Positions 49,278-59,547 are shown, counted from the stretch's first letter. The stretch is 64,000 bases of DNA from an uncultured Clostridia bacterium (GCA_944392615.1 CALXXF010000006.1:4204-68203), one strand, 5' to 3'. Notes: a model not told the origin generated them from the letters alone. Translations and numbers: made by a program.

Positions 49278-49387
49278 TATTGTGTCGGGTCGAACAGGAC
49301 ATCCGAGGCTGTCCGCGTGCAGGCTGCATTGCGCGTCAGTTTTTAATATGGGCCGTTTACGATATGCCTTGATAAGGGAGTGTTAGT

Positions 49388-49765
49388 ATGAGATTACAGG
49401 AATCCGGAGAAATGTATCTTGAGACGATATATATTCTTTTGAAGCAGCATCCGACTGTCCGTGCAGTTGATGTAGGACTGCAAATGGGATATTCAAAGCC
49501 GAGCGTCAGCCGTGCAATGAGCATTCTGAAGGACGGAGGGTACATACTGACCGATTCCGACGGTCACATTACTCTCACAGAGCTCGGAAAATCGGTTGCC
49601 GAAAAAACCTACGAGCGCCACACGATCCTGACCGATTTTTTTGTTTCTCTTGGGGTTTCTGAAAAAACAGCCTCTGACGACGCATGCAAGATAGAACACG
49701 ATATAAGCGACGAGACATTTTCTGCTCTGAAAGACAAATTTTTCAAAGACCTGATGAAACGGTGA
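49388..49765 (+). CDS. DtxR/MntR-family metal-dependent transcriptional regulator
   Basis: 125 aa; ESGEMYLETIYIL...VRAVDVGLQMGYSKPSVSRAMSILKDGGYI...ERHTILTDFF...ACKIEH. RBS AAGGGAG. Confidence 0.85.
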   Translation: MRLQESGEMYLETIYILLKQHPTVRAVDVGLQMGYSKPSVSRAMSILKDGGYILTDSDGHITLTELGKSVAEKTYERHTILTDFFVSLGVSEKTASDDACKIEHDISDETFSALKDKFFKDLMKR

Positions 49766-49771
49766 GACAAT

Positions 49772-50473
49772 ATGGACACCACGCTCTATGTGAAAGACTG
49801 TGGAAAAGGAATTCCCCTTGTCATGCTTCACGGTAACGGAGAATCCGGAGACTACTTCAAAAATCAAACAGCATTTTTTTCAAACCGGTACAGGGTGATA
49901 GTTCCTGACACACGGGGGCACGGCAAAAGCGGAAGAGGGAGCAGACCTCTTTGTTTCAAAACGTTTTCCGATGACCTTCTGTTTATTCTCGATAATGCAG
50001 GAATAGAAAAAGCGCATCTGCTCGGCTTTTCTGACGGGGCAAATACAGCCATAACATTTGCACTGGAGCATCAGGAACGTTTGCTGTCTCTTGTTTTGAA
50101 CGGTGCAAATCTCTATCCCGAAGGGCTTACGGCCGCGTGCAGATTGCCAATTACTTTTCAGTACGCCTTCTGGTCCGCGCTTTGCGCCTTTTCCTGCAAG
50201 GCAAAAAGAAAAAAAGAACTGTTTTCATTGATGACAAACGAGCCGCAAATAGACCCGCGCTCACTGGGAAAGCTCAGGATCCCTTCTCTTGTGATAGCAG
50301 GAACGCACGATATGATAAAACGATCACATACGGAACTTATTGCCTCATCCATCCCGCATGCAAGGTCTGTTTTTATAGACGGTTCGCATTTTGTGGCACG
50401 TGAAAAACCGGAAATTTTCAATAGAACCGTACTGGAATTTCTTATAATGAATCAGAGCAGTAAGTCATTATGA
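49772..50473 (+). CDS. alpha/beta-fold hydrolase
   Basis: LVMLHGNGESGDYF, the nucleophile elbow GFSDGA and a C-terminal DGSHF pattern. Confidence 0.7.
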   Translation: MDTTLYVKDCGKGIPLVMLHGNGESGDYFKNQTAFFSNRYRVIVPDTRGHGKSGRGSRPLCFKTFSDDLLFILDNAGIEKAHLLGFSDGANTAITFALEHQERLLSLVLNGANLYPEGLTAACRLPITFQYAFWSALCAFSCKAKRKKELFSLMTNEPQIDPRSLGKLRIPSLVIAGTHDMIKRSHTELIASSIPHARSVFIDGSHFVAREKPEIFNRTVLEFLIMNQSSKSL

Positions 50474-50479
50474 TCGAAT

Positions 50480-50530
50480 GCCGCCGTAAAAATTCAACCT
50501 TTCGTTGAGGCTGTACGGCGGTGTTTTTTT
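50480..50530 (+). terminator. rho-independent terminator
   Basis: Stem GCCGCCGTA / TACGGCGGT (one G-U pair) with a long loop, followed by GTTTTTTT. Confidence 0.7.
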
Positions 50531-50803
50531 ATTAGGTTTTGCTTACACACGGTGTGCTGAAAATGTGTCCAAATGGAAAAGGGATTATTTCTGCAGCTGT
50601 TAATGTAATTACTCCGCCCGATTTATATGCCGCGATCCTCGCATAAAATAACCCGGTATAACTTTCTTTTTTACCGGATATCCCGATATAATTTACACAA
50701 GAGCGTGCAAAAAACGAGGAACACTCCCTCCCGGCTGCTTTTCGTCAGACAGAGCTTTTTTACTACTGCCGCCTGATTTATCTGCTTTTCTTCATTGCTA
50801 CCT

Positions 50804-51646
50804 TCAGCGCTCGCTTTCAATGAGCTTTTCTTTACTCAGCGCCAGTGCGCGCTCAGAAAGCTCTTCACCGAAAAAGCGACGTGCGGAATCAATGTCGAAT
50901 CCGCCGTACCTTATAGCGCAAGCAAGCCTGAATTCAGTAGCTTTTTCGACATCATGTTCTTCAGAACATAAACTTTCTATTATTTTGGTAAGAGGAACGT
51001 TGTCAGCATCTGAAAGCTGCATGCAGCGTGCGCCGCATATAAAACGCGCCCTGTCGTCATGCGACGAAAAAACCGAAAGCCTGTACTCCTCGTTGTTACG
51101 GACAAGTTCTCTGAAGGTGACCGGAGTAAAACCGTTTATATCGGCACCTGCGTTAAGAGCGTTTCCGCGCATGAACAAAATTTTGTATTCGGGAAGTATG
51201 TTGTTATGTATGTGACCGTATATCAGATATCCGAGCTTTCCGGAACCGTGTCTTCTGTCCTTATTCCACTCAAGCATGGGGTAGTGACACAGCGTAATCG
51301 GATGACACGATTCATTTATTTCAAGATAAGGAGTGACTGCTGAGAAAAAATCATATGCCGCCCGGTGCTTTTTAAGACAAGCGCCGTCATGATTTCCCGT
51401 TATAAGTATCTTTTCTCCGTTGAGTTCTCTAAGAAAAGGAGCCGGGTCCTGGGATGTAAAAAACATATCTCCGACAATATAGACAGTGTCACTGCTTCCG
51501 ACCGCGGAATTCCAGTTGGAAATAAGCGCTGCGTTCATCTCGTCTGCCGACGAGAAAGGTCTTGAACACAGATTTATGATATTTGCGTGACCGAAATGTA
51601 AATCAGAAATAAAAAAAATCTTCTTTTTGTTCATAGCCTCCTCCAT
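50804..51646 (-). CDS. calcineurin-like metallophosphoesterase
   Basis: FFISDLHFGH, VGDMF, GNHD and GHIH motifs, plus a ~90-aa helical C-terminal extension. Confidence 0.75.
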   Translation of the reverse strand: MEEAMNKKKIFFISDLHFGHANIINLCSRPFSSADEMNAALISNWNSAVGSSDTVYIVGDMFFTSQDPAPFLRELNGEKILITGNHDGACLKKHRAAYDFFSAVTPYLEINESCHPITLCHYPMLEWNKDRRHGSGKLGYLIYGHIHNNILPEYKILFMRGNALNAGADINGFTPVTFRELVRNNEEYRLSVFSSHDDRARFICGARCMQLSDADNVPLTKIIESLCSEEHDVEKATEFRLACAIRYGGFDIDSARRFFGEELSERALALSKEKLIESER

Positions 51647-51874
51647 TCAACAAACAATCGCAATGGATATTTTGATACGGCATATGTCGGATATGAAAAC
51701 TCTGAAGCTCCGGAATACGTGTCAACTCCATCTTTTAGTCAGCTTTTCCTGCCGTTCAAGGGGCGTTTTTTCCTGCGCCCTGTCGGAATTTATATATTCC
51801 GGCGTCCTGAGCGGAAGAAAACGCCGCTTAAGACGCCGGATTCAGTACACGACGAATGTAGTCGATACAAAATA

Positions 51875-52669
51875 CTAACCGAATATTATATCAAGCGCCG
51901 CCATAAATGCGAATCCTGCGGTAAAAGAAATTATACCGAGCGAATTTTTACCGCACGAATACATTTCTGGTATCAGTTCCTGCACTACCACATACAGCAT
52001 AGCCGCTGAAGCAAAACAAAGCAGATATGGCAGCAGCGGTGTAAAAAAGCCCGCCGCGCTCATGGTGACGACGGCTGCCACCGGCTCCGCGACACCCGAC
52101 AACAAACTGAAGAAAAATGCCTTTCGCCTTTTCATTCCGCTCATCGCGAGCGGAAGCGCAATGACCGCAGACTCCGGAAGATTCTGTATGGCTATGCCGG
52201 CGCACAGAATGAGAGCGCCGGCGAATGAAACTCCGTTTTCCTGAATAGACGAGCCGGCGTACGACGCCCCAACCGCCATTCCTTCGGGAATATTGTGAAG
52301 CGCGAGCGCAAGAAGAAGCATACCGTTTCTGCCTGAAATGCCCTGCTTTTCTGCGCTTTTTACGGCTACACTGTCACAAAAGCGGCATTTTATGAAGCGA
52401 ACAAAATGTTCAAGCACAAGCAGAAAAGCAACGCCAGCGGCAAGACCCGCAAGCACTGCTACTAAAGAAGACCTTCCTGTTTCTTCGGCTATGTCCATTG
52501 CAGGAAGAAGCAAACTGAAGACGGACGCGGCTGTCATTACGCCTGCGGCAAATCCGGTCAGAGCGGCAAACACCCTTGCCGGTACGTCTCCGGAGCCTAT
52601 CGTAAATGCACACGCCGCTCCTATAAGGGTCCCCGCAAAAGGAATTGCAAGAATGTATACAAGTTCCAA
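51875..52669 (-). CDS. ZIP-family divalent metal transporter (ZupT-like)
   Basis: Multi-TM protein with ALHNIPEGMAVG and the QNLPES motif. TTG start with AAAGGA ~10 nt upstream. Confidence 0.85.
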   Translation of the reverse strand: MELVYILAIPFAGTLIGAACAFTIGSGDVPARVFAALTGFAAGVMTAASVFSLLLPAMDIAEETGRSSLVAVLAGLAAGVAFLLVLEHFVRFIKCRFCDSVAVKSAEKQGISGRNGMLLLALALHNIPEGMAVGASYAGSSIQENGVSFAGALILCAGIAIQNLPESAVIALPLAMSGMKRRKAFFFSLLSGVAEPVAAVVTMSAAGFFTPLLPYLLCFASAAMLYVVVQELIPEMYSCGKNSLGIISFTAGFAFMAALDIIFG

Positions 52670-52973
52670 AACGTTGCCATCCTTTCGGCTTTTACACTTT
52701 CGGAACGCTTCGGTGTGATCTTATTGGACACTGAAACGACCGTATGAGAGGAAAACGCCGTACATTTTGCTCTCAAAAGTATAATATGCAAAAAAAGCAA
52801 TGGCGACACTTTGGGAAACAGCGCAGAATAAGTTATGTAACGCTGTCGGGCATCTGCCGGAAGATTTTATAAAACGCAGGGAACAAAACAGCGCCGCAGA
52901 CAAATTCCGGTATAAGGACATAAGAACCGCATAGTTAAAATGTTGAACCGCGAACCGATTCAAGCATGAATCG

Positions 52974-53002
52974 ATTTTAACAGATACGAAATGTTTTGTC
53001 AA
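52974..53002 (-). promoter_or_regulatory. strong sigma-A promoter ~300 nt upstream of the ZIP transporter
   Basis: On the minus strand: TTGACA (52997-53002), 17 nt, TAAAAT (52974-52979) with TGn extended -10. The palindrome CGATTC-N6-GAATCG (52956-52973) follows immediately. Confidence 0.6.
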
Positions 53003-53193
53003 CACACGCGCTGCCGACTCGCTGTCCCTCTCCGTCTTCACGCATGCACTTATGTTTGTACCGGCGCCTTTTTGGAAAATATATAATATAACCCGATACC
53101 TTGTTGTATCTTGTTGTATAATGTACTTTTCACATCATATATCCTGCATATATCCGACAAATAATATTATTTTTCACTGCGGCGGCAACGTAC

Positions 53194-53222
53194 TTGACTT
53201 ATTACCCGGCATGTGGTAAAAT
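53194..53222 (+). promoter_or_regulatory. candidate sigma-A promoter of the DUF1846 gene
   Basis: TTGACT (53194-53199), 17 nt, TAAAAT (53217-53222) with TGn extended -10. Confidence 0.55.
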
Positions 53223-53280
53223 TTACGGGTGATACGCATGGCACGCCTCTGGCGACGGCGTCACAGTGAGGTTACGCATT

Positions 53281-54762
53281 ATGAATAAGGGATTTGACAA
53301 CGACAAATATCTGAAGCTGCAATCTGAGAATATAAGAAAGCGCATATCACAGTTCGGGGGAAAGCTGTATCTTGAATTCGGCGGAAAGCTTTTCGACGAC
53401 TATCATGCGTCAAGGGTTCTGCCCGGATTTGAACCTGACAGCAAGATTAAAATGCTCCTTCACCTGAAGGATGACGCCGAGATAGTTGTTGTGATTTCGG
53501 CGGATGCAATAGAAAAGAACAAGCTCAGAGCTGACCTTGGTATAACCTACGAGGCAGACGTTCTGAGGCTTATTGACATATTCAGGGAAAGAGGACTGTA
53601 TGTCGGCAGCGTCGTTATAACACAGTTTTGCGGACAGCACAACGCCGTTTTATTTAAAAATCGCCTCAAGGCACTCGGTATAAACGTATACAGACATTAC
53701 CCGATAAAGGACTATCCCACCAATATACCTCTGATAGTGAGCGACGAGGGGTACGGAAAGAACGAATACATAAAAACCGACAGAAAGCTCATAGTAGTGA
53801 CTGCCCCCGGGCCTGGAAGCGGTAAAATGGCGGTATGTCTGTCACAGCTTTATCATGAACATAAGCGCGGGATAGATGCCGGATATGCAAAATTTGAGAC
53901 CTTCCCGATATGGAATATCCCGCTCAAGCATCCGGTAAATCTCGCATATGAAGCCGCCACGGCGGATCTCAATGACGTGAATATGATAGACCCGTTTCAT
54001 CTGGAGGCATACGGGATAACAACGGTAAACTACAACAGAGACATAGAGATATTTCCGGTCTTAAAAACCATATTTGAAAAAATATACGGCAGCTGCGCCT
54101 ACAAATCCCCGACAGATATGGGAGTCAACACCGCCGGATTCTGCATATATGACGACGAAGCAGTAAAGGCCGCGTCTGTACAGGAGATAATCCGCAGATA
54201 TTACAAAACTCTCGTCGGATGCCTCAAAGGAAAATCAGAGCAGAGCGAGGTTTACAAGCTTGAGCTGATAATGAATTCCCTGGGTGTGAATACCGGTATG
54301 AGAAAGACCGTAAACGCAGCGAAAAGTGTTGAAGAGCGTACGGGAGCGCCTGCGGTTGCCATAGAGCTTTCCGACGGAAGAGTGATAACGGGAAAAACGA
54401 GCGAGCTGCTCGGAGCCTCCGCCGCCGCACTTCTGAATTGCCTTAAAACGCTTGCCGGAATCGACGACGATATACATCTCATTTCTCCGGAAATCATTGA
54501 GCCTATTCAGAAACTAAAAGTTGAGCACATGAGAAATAAGAACCCGCGCCTGCACACAGATGAGGTGCTGATTGCCCTTTCCGTATGCGCGGTAAGCGAC
54601 CCGTATGCCGCATCCGCAATATCGCGCCTCGGAGAGCTCAAGGAATGCGATGCTCATTCGACCGTCGTACTGTCTCAGGTAGACGAGAACACGTTTGCTC
54701 GCCTTGGCGTAAACGTGACGTGCGAGCCAAAGTACCAGACCAATCGCCTGTATCACCGCTGA
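53281..54762 (+). CDS. DUF1846/UPF0371-family protein (function unknown)
   Basis: MNKGFDNDKYLKLQSENIRKRISQFGGKLYLEFGGKLFDDYHASRVLPGFEPDSKIKML is the conserved N-terminus of this Firmicutes family. ATG at 53281 with GTGAGG 9 nt upstream. Confidence 0.8.
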   Translation: MNKGFDNDKYLKLQSENIRKRISQFGGKLYLEFGGKLFDDYHASRVLPGFEPDSKIKMLLHLKDDAEIVVVISADAIEKNKLRADLGITYEADVLRLIDIFRERGLYVGSVVITQFCGQHNAVLFKNRLKALGINVYRHYPIKDYPTNIPLIVSDEGYGKNEYIKTDRKLIVVTAPGPGSGKMAVCLSQLYHEHKRGIDAGYAKFETFPIWNIPLKHPVNLAYEAATADLNDVNMIDPFHLEAYGITTVNYNRDIEIFPVLKTIFEKIYGSCAYKSPTDMGVNTAGFCIYDDEAVKAASVQEIIRRYYKTLVGCLKGKSEQSEVYKLELIMNSLGVNTGMRKTVNAAKSVEERTGAPAVAIELSDGRVITGKTSELLGASAAALLNCLKTLAGIDDDIHLISPEIIEPIQKLKVEHMRNKNPRLHTDEVLIALSVCAVSDPYAASAISRLGELKECDAHSTVVLSQVDENTFARLGVNVTCEPKYQTNRLYHR

Positions 54763-54915
54763 TCAGCCTTTGAAAAGATAGAGCCAAATATTGCGAATTA
54801 CATTACCTTGCCGGCTCCAGCCTTACGGCGCAGGTATCCGGATGACATGCGGAAATGTACTTTTATTTGATTTTATTTTACCCGATAAAGGCATTACGTG
54901 ATAAAAAACAATGGC

Positions 54916-54936
54916 AAAAAAGCGGGTCAGGCCCGC
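54916..54936 (-). terminator. small minus-oriented GC hairpin plus U6 with no minus-strand gene upstream
   Basis: On the minus strand: GCGGG-cctga-CCCGC followed by TTTTTT. The stem is only 5 bp. On the plus strand there is no T-run. Confidence 0.35.
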
Positions 54937-55140
54937 CCAACATAGCTTATGAACAGACAAACAGACATATGTTTTGATACAGTATGCGCCATGACGCATT
55001 GAAAATGGCGTATCAAAAAGAATAAAATCATTGTAGAATATACTTGATGAGCTGTTAATTACTTTAAAACTCGAATTTTATCTGCATGCATATACTTTTT
55101 TGCCACATTACAATTAATTAAGAAAGGCTGTTACAGCACA

Positions 55141-56148
55141 ATGTCAAAACTGATCATTCCTAAAAATTACACATCGCGACTCAACATGTATGAAACACAA
55201 AAGGCAATAAAAGACGTAAAGGACACATTTCAGAACGCTCTGGCTGATGGGCTGAACCTGAGAAGAGTCAGCGCTCCTCTTTTTGTTGATGCAGACAGCG
55301 GATTGAATGACAATCTCAACGGGACCGAAAGACCTGTGTCGTTCGACGTTTGCGGAAGCGACAAAAAACTTGAAATAGTTCATTCTCTTGCAAAATGGAA
55401 GAGGCTTGCCCTCAGGGATTACGGCTTTTCAGTCGGGGAAGGCCTGTATACGGATATGAACGCGATACGCAGGGATGAAATTACAGACAACCTGCACTCT
55501 TATTTTGTGGACCAGTGGGACTGGGAAAAAATAATAGAACGCGCCGACAGAAACACCGATACTCTAAAAAGCACCGTTCGCTCTATATATTCAGCGCTTC
55601 GAAAAACCGAAGAGGTGATTTGCGATAAATACGGTTTTGAGGATCGTATACTGCCTTCTGACATCTGCTTTGTGAGCGCGCGCGACCTTGAAAACGAAAT
55701 GCCCGGTTTATCTCCCAAGGAGCGCGAGTACGCGGCGGCAAAAAAATACGGGGCAGTATTCATAATGAACATAGGATGCAAACTTCCTTCAGGAGCCATA
55801 CACGACGGGCGCGCGCCTGACTATGACGATTGGGAGCTCAACGGAGATATAATGGTATATTATCCGCTCCTTGATATAGCCTTTGAAATATCGAGCATGG
55901 GAATAAGGGTAGATGAAGAATCACTTGTAAAACAGCTTGAAGAAAGGGGATGCCTTGACAGGCTTTCGCTTCCCTTCCACAAGGCTCTTATGGAGCATTC
56001 CCTCCCGTACACGATAGGCGGAGGCATAGGACAATCGAGAATATGCATGCTTTTCCTCAGAAAGGCTCATATAGGTGAGGTACAATCGTCATACTGGAGC
56101 GAAAGTGACAGAAAAACATGCGCAGAGAACGGTATAGTGCTTCTCTGA
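55141..56148 (+). CDS. asnA: aspartate--ammonia ligase (asparagine synthetase A)
   Basis: YETQKAIKDVKDTF...LRRVSAPLFV...QWDWEKII...GGGIGQSRICMLFL are canonical AsnA motifs. Confidence 0.9.
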   Translation: MSKLIIPKNYTSRLNMYETQKAIKDVKDTFQNALADGLNLRRVSAPLFVDADSGLNDNLNGTERPVSFDVCGSDKKLEIVHSLAKWKRLALRDYGFSVGEGLYTDMNAIRRDEITDNLHSYFVDQWDWEKIIERADRNTDTLKSTVRSIYSALRKTEEVICDKYGFEDRILPSDICFVSARDLENEMPGLSPKEREYAAAKKYGAVFIMNIGCKLPSGAIHDGRAPDYDDWELNGDIMVYYPLLDIAFEISSMGIRVDEESLVKQLEERGCLDRLSLPFHKALMEHSLPYTIGGGIGQSRICMLFLRKAHIGEVQSSYWSESDRKTCAENGIVLL

Positions 56149-56215
56149 AAATAATGAGTAACATATTCTGGATATGCATTGTTTATTTTCATATCGGAAA
56201 ACTTTGATCATATCA

Positions 56216-56249
56216 AAAGCCGGTCGAAATCAGAAAATCGACCGGCTTT
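56216..56249. terminator. bidirectional terminator between convergent asnA and csoR
   Basis: 12-bp stem AAAGCCGGTCGA / TCGACCGGCTTT. Confidence 0.75.
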
Positions 56250-56356
56250 AATATGTTTCAAACAGATCAAACTCAAATGACTGCGGCAGTTCATCTTTAT
56301 CTTAAGAACTCAGCGCTCAAAGAAACACAGTATATTCAGAACTAACGATAAAAAAG

Positions 56357-56617
56357 TCATGTCATTTTGTCAATCAGGCTTATGATTTCTTCCAGCTTTG
56401 AATTCTTGTCATCTGAATCGAGCGCTTCGCGCACACAGCTTCTCAGATGCGCCTCTATAATTTCCCTGTTTATACTTCTCAGAAGAGACTGTGACGCGAG
56501 CAACTGGTTTGAAATATCAATACAGTAGCGGTCATCCTCAACCATTTTCAAAAGTCCGTCTATCTGCCCTTTTACTATCTTCAGCTTTCTTGTAACCGAC
56601 GATTTGTCAGCTTTCAA
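56357..56617 (-). CDS. csoR: CsoR-family copper-sensing repressor
   Basis: LKIVKGQIDGLLKMVEDDRYCIDISNQLLASQSLLRSINREIIEAHLRSCV carries the C-H-C ligand pattern. The TTG start has GGAGGTG 7 nt upstream and overlaps the copA 3' end by 11 nt. Confidence 0.85.
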   Translation of the reverse strand: MKADKSSVTRKLKIVKGQIDGLLKMVEDDRYCIDISNQLLASQSLLRSINREIIEAHLRSCVREALDSDDKNSKLEEIISLIDKMT

Positions 56618-59360
56618 ACTTTTTCACCTCCGTAACTCTGTAACCTGCCTTTGTCACTGCCTTTTTTACGGCTTTTTTCACATACTCTGTATTGACGTCT
56701 GACAATAATCTGATATCTGCATATCCGGATTCCAGTGAAATTTCCTCACAGCGTATTTTTTTTACGGCAGCCAGTGCCTCTCGTACATGGCAAACGCAGT
56801 TTTCACACATCATTCCGCTTATATATATTCTCAAAACAATGTTTAAAGCACTGTCTGCGAGATTCTCAGAACCAATTCCGGAATTCCCGGAACTTCGGGA
56901 AATTTCTGATATTCCGTCATTTTCCGCATACGCACAGCTCCGTCCTTTTTGAATGCCGCGTCGGACGCAAGCGGCATTTTTTTTCATGACAGCCGTCTCA
57001 GGTATTTCACCGCCAGTCATATTACATGACTTTGATTCTGCTTTCGCTTTTTTATTTTTCCCGTAAAACCTTTTTCCGGTACCCCTGTGTTTTTCAGGGT
57101 CAAAAAATCTCAGCCTCAGTGCGTTGGTAACTACAAAAACCGAGCTGAAGCTCATTGCGAGCGCCGCTATCATTGGATTCATGCGCAGATTGAAGGCGGC
57201 ATAGAAGCATCCTGCAGCAACCGGTATACCTATCGAATTATAAAAAAACGCCCAGAAAAGATTTTGTTTTATATTGCGCATGGTCGCTCTGCTGAGCCTT
57301 ATAGTTTTGGGTACATCCTCAAGGTCACTGTGCATGAGAACTATATCAGCCGATTCAATTGCAATATCGGTGCCTGCGCCTATGGCTATTCCTATATCTG
57401 CGGCGGCAAGAGCCGGGGCGTCGTTTATTCCGTCGCCGACCATTGCCACCTTTTTCCTGCTTTCCATGATTCTGCGAACTTCTTTTTCCTTATCCTGCGG
57501 CAGAACATCGGATACGACTCTGTCTATACCCACTATTTTTTTTATAGCGCCGGCGGTCTTTGCATTGTCGCCCGTGAGCATAACAACCTCTATTCCCATT
57601 TCTCCAAGCTCTCTGACAGCATCTCTGCTTGTAGGTTTTACAACGTCGGCAACCGTTATAATACCAAGGAGAGAGTACTCGCGCGCAAAAAACAGCGGCG
57701 TTTTTCCCTCGTCTGAATGGCTTTGAGCTGTGCCCTCAAGCTCTGATATATCCACATTAAGCTCTTTCATAAAAAGCGCGTTTCCGGCATAGCACTGTTT
57801 TCCGTTCACAAAAGCTGAGATGCCCCTGCCGGGTATCTGAACGAACCTGTCTGCTTCAAGGGCAACAACCCCGTTTTTTCGGGCTTTGTCTGCTATTGCA
57901 TGTGCAAGAGGATGCTCAGACATTCTCTCAAGCGATGCCGCTGTGAGTAGGAGTTCTCTTTCATCCACTCCATGCCCCGGTCCGATATCTGTAACCACCG
58001 GCGTCCCTTCGGTTATTGTGCCGGTTTTATCAAGAACAACCACCTGAGTCGCGTGTGCTGTTTCGAGCGCCTGCGCGGATTTTATCAGTATACCGTATGA
58101 GGCGCTTCTTCCTGTACCGACCATTATTGCCGTAGGAGTTGCTAGTCCGAGAGCACACGGGCATGATACGACGAGCACTGAAACAGCTGTTAGCAGCGAA
58201 AATTCCACACCCTTTCCCGCTATCATCCACGCGATCGCAGAAACAGCGGCAACTGCAATTACGACCGGTACAAAAATACCGCTCACTTTATCGGCAAGTT
58301 TTGCTATCGGCGCCTTGGAGCTTGTCGCTTCATCGACCAGCCTTATTATATTTGAAAGAACCGTGTCATCGCCGACTTTAAGCGCGCGCATAACGATATA
58401 CCCGCTCATCAGCGTAGTGGCACCTGTGACTTTGTCGCCTTTTTGTTTGTCTTTAGGTATGCTCTCTCCTGTAACCGCCGATTCATCCACCGCAGCGTTT
58501 CCGTCAACTATTTCCCCGTCTGCCGGCACCGTCTCGCCCGACTTGACAATAAGAATATCGCCGACTGCGACCTTATCCGCGGGAATCATCTTTTCCTCAC
58601 CGTCAACAAACACCCTTGCTGTTTTCGGCATCAGGTTTATCAGCTTGTTTATAGCATCAGAAGTCTTGCCCTTTGCCCTTGCCTCAAAGAATTTTCCGAG
58701 AGTAATAAGAGCAAGTATCGTACCTGCGCCTTCAAAATATAGACCATGCATAAAGCTCTCTATAACATCCGGCTGACCATGACCGGCAGCATACGTCATT
58801 CTGAAAAGAGAATATAAGCTATAGAGTGTAGATGCCCCGGCGCCGAGCGCGATAAGCGAGTCCATGTTGGCAGCGCCTCTGAACATATTTGCAAATCCTC
58901 TTGTAAAGTAACCAGAATTTGCAAATAAAATCGGCACAAGTAAAATAAACTGCAGCAGTGCAAGTACAGGGGCATTCTCCACTCCTGAAAGGAAAGAAGG
59001 AAAAGGCAGCCCCGCCATATGACCCATTGCAAGATAAAAAAGAGGCACTGCAAAAATAAAAGAAATAACCAGGCGCTGTTTCATTACTCTGTAGTCGCCG
59101 TCGTCTTTTGCGCTTACATTGCCCGATGAGCCCGATTTTACATTTTTATAGCGCAGCTTTGCCCCGTATCCCGCCTTTCTGACGGATTCTATTATCTTAT
59201 CGTCGTCGGCTCGTGACTCATCATATTCAACGTTCATACTGTTTTTCAAAAGATTGACAGATACATTTAGTACGCCGTCAACAGCGGAAACACTTTTGTC
59301 GACACGGGCGCTGCAAGCGGCACAAGTCATACCTGTGATTTCAAATTCTCTTTTTACCAC
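56607..59360 (-). CDS. copA: copper-translocating P1B-type ATPase with N-terminal and additional C-terminal HMA domains
   Basis: N-terminal GMTCAACSARV, then CPCALGLATP, DKTGTIT, SEHPLA and GDGINDAP. After the last TM helix a ~100-aa linker leads to a second HMA fold (ISGMMCENCVCHVREAL...AGYRVTEV). GTG start with AGAGGTGG upstream. Confidence 0.9.
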   Translation of the reverse strand: MVKREFEITGMTCAACSARVDKSVSAVDGVLNVSVNLLKNSMNVEYDESRADDDKIIESVRKAGYGAKLRYKNVKSGSSGNVSAKDDGDYRVMKQRLVISFIFAVPLFYLAMGHMAGLPFPSFLSGVENAPVLALLQFILLVPILFANSGYFTRGFANMFRGAANMDSLIALGAGASTLYSLYSLFRMTYAAGHGQPDVIESFMHGLYFEGAGTILALITLGKFFEARAKGKTSDAINKLINLMPKTARVFVDGEEKMIPADKVAVGDILIVKSGETVPADGEIVDGNAAVDESAVTGESIPKDKQKGDKVTGATTLMSGYIVMRALKVGDDTVLSNIIRLVDEATSSKAPIAKLADKVSGIFVPVVIAVAAVSAIAWMIAGKGVEFSLLTAVSVLVVSCPCALGLATPTAIMVGTGRSASYGILIKSAQALETAHATQVVVLDKTGTITEGTPVVTDIGPGHGVDERELLLTAASLERMSEHPLAHAIADKARKNGVVALEADRFVQIPGRGISAFVNGKQCYAGNALFMKELNVDISELEGTAQSHSDEGKTPLFFAREYSLLGIITVADVVKPTSRDAVRELGEMGIEVVMLTGDNAKTAGAIKKIVGIDRVVSDVLPQDKEKEVRRIMESRKKVAMVGDGINDAPALAAADIGIAIGAGTDIAIESADIVLMHSDLEDVPKTIRLSRATMRNIKQNLFWAFFYNSIGIPVAAGCFYAAFNLRMNPMIAALAMSFSSVFVVTNALRLRFFDPEKHRGTGKRFYGKNKKAKAESKSCNMTGGEIPETAVMKKNAACVRRGIQKGRSCAYAENDGISEISRSSGNSGIGSENLADSALNIVLRIYISGMMCENCVCHVREALAAVKKIRCEEISLESGYADIRLLSDVNTEYVKKAVKKAVTKAGYRVTEVKKFES

Positions 59361-59547
59361 ACGACCACCTCTTTGAATATTCTGACTCCTTTCAAAAAGT
59401 TCATTCTGAAACTACAGTCAGAAAGTGCATACATAAAATTCATGAACATATTTCGGCGCTGCAGTGCATCCTTGCTGCCAAAGGCGTTTTGTTTGCCATA
59501 TTAATCCGGATATTTTAGTCGTCGCAAGCCGATGTGCATCATATAAT

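Noticed and set aside
52721-53041. 106-aa minus-strand ORF in the ZIP/DUF1846 spacer.
   Set aside because: It starts upstream of the mapped promoter hexamers and reads through them. It has no RBS and no recognisable motif, and the region is better explained as promoter plus leader.
54927-55031. 34-codon hydrophobic minus-strand mini-ORF (MILFFLIRHFQCVMAHTVSKHMSVCLFISYVGRA), considered as a type I toxin.
   Set aside because: It has no RBS and no clear promoter, its hydrophobic stretch is interrupted by charged and polar residues, and its stop lies inside the terminator loop.
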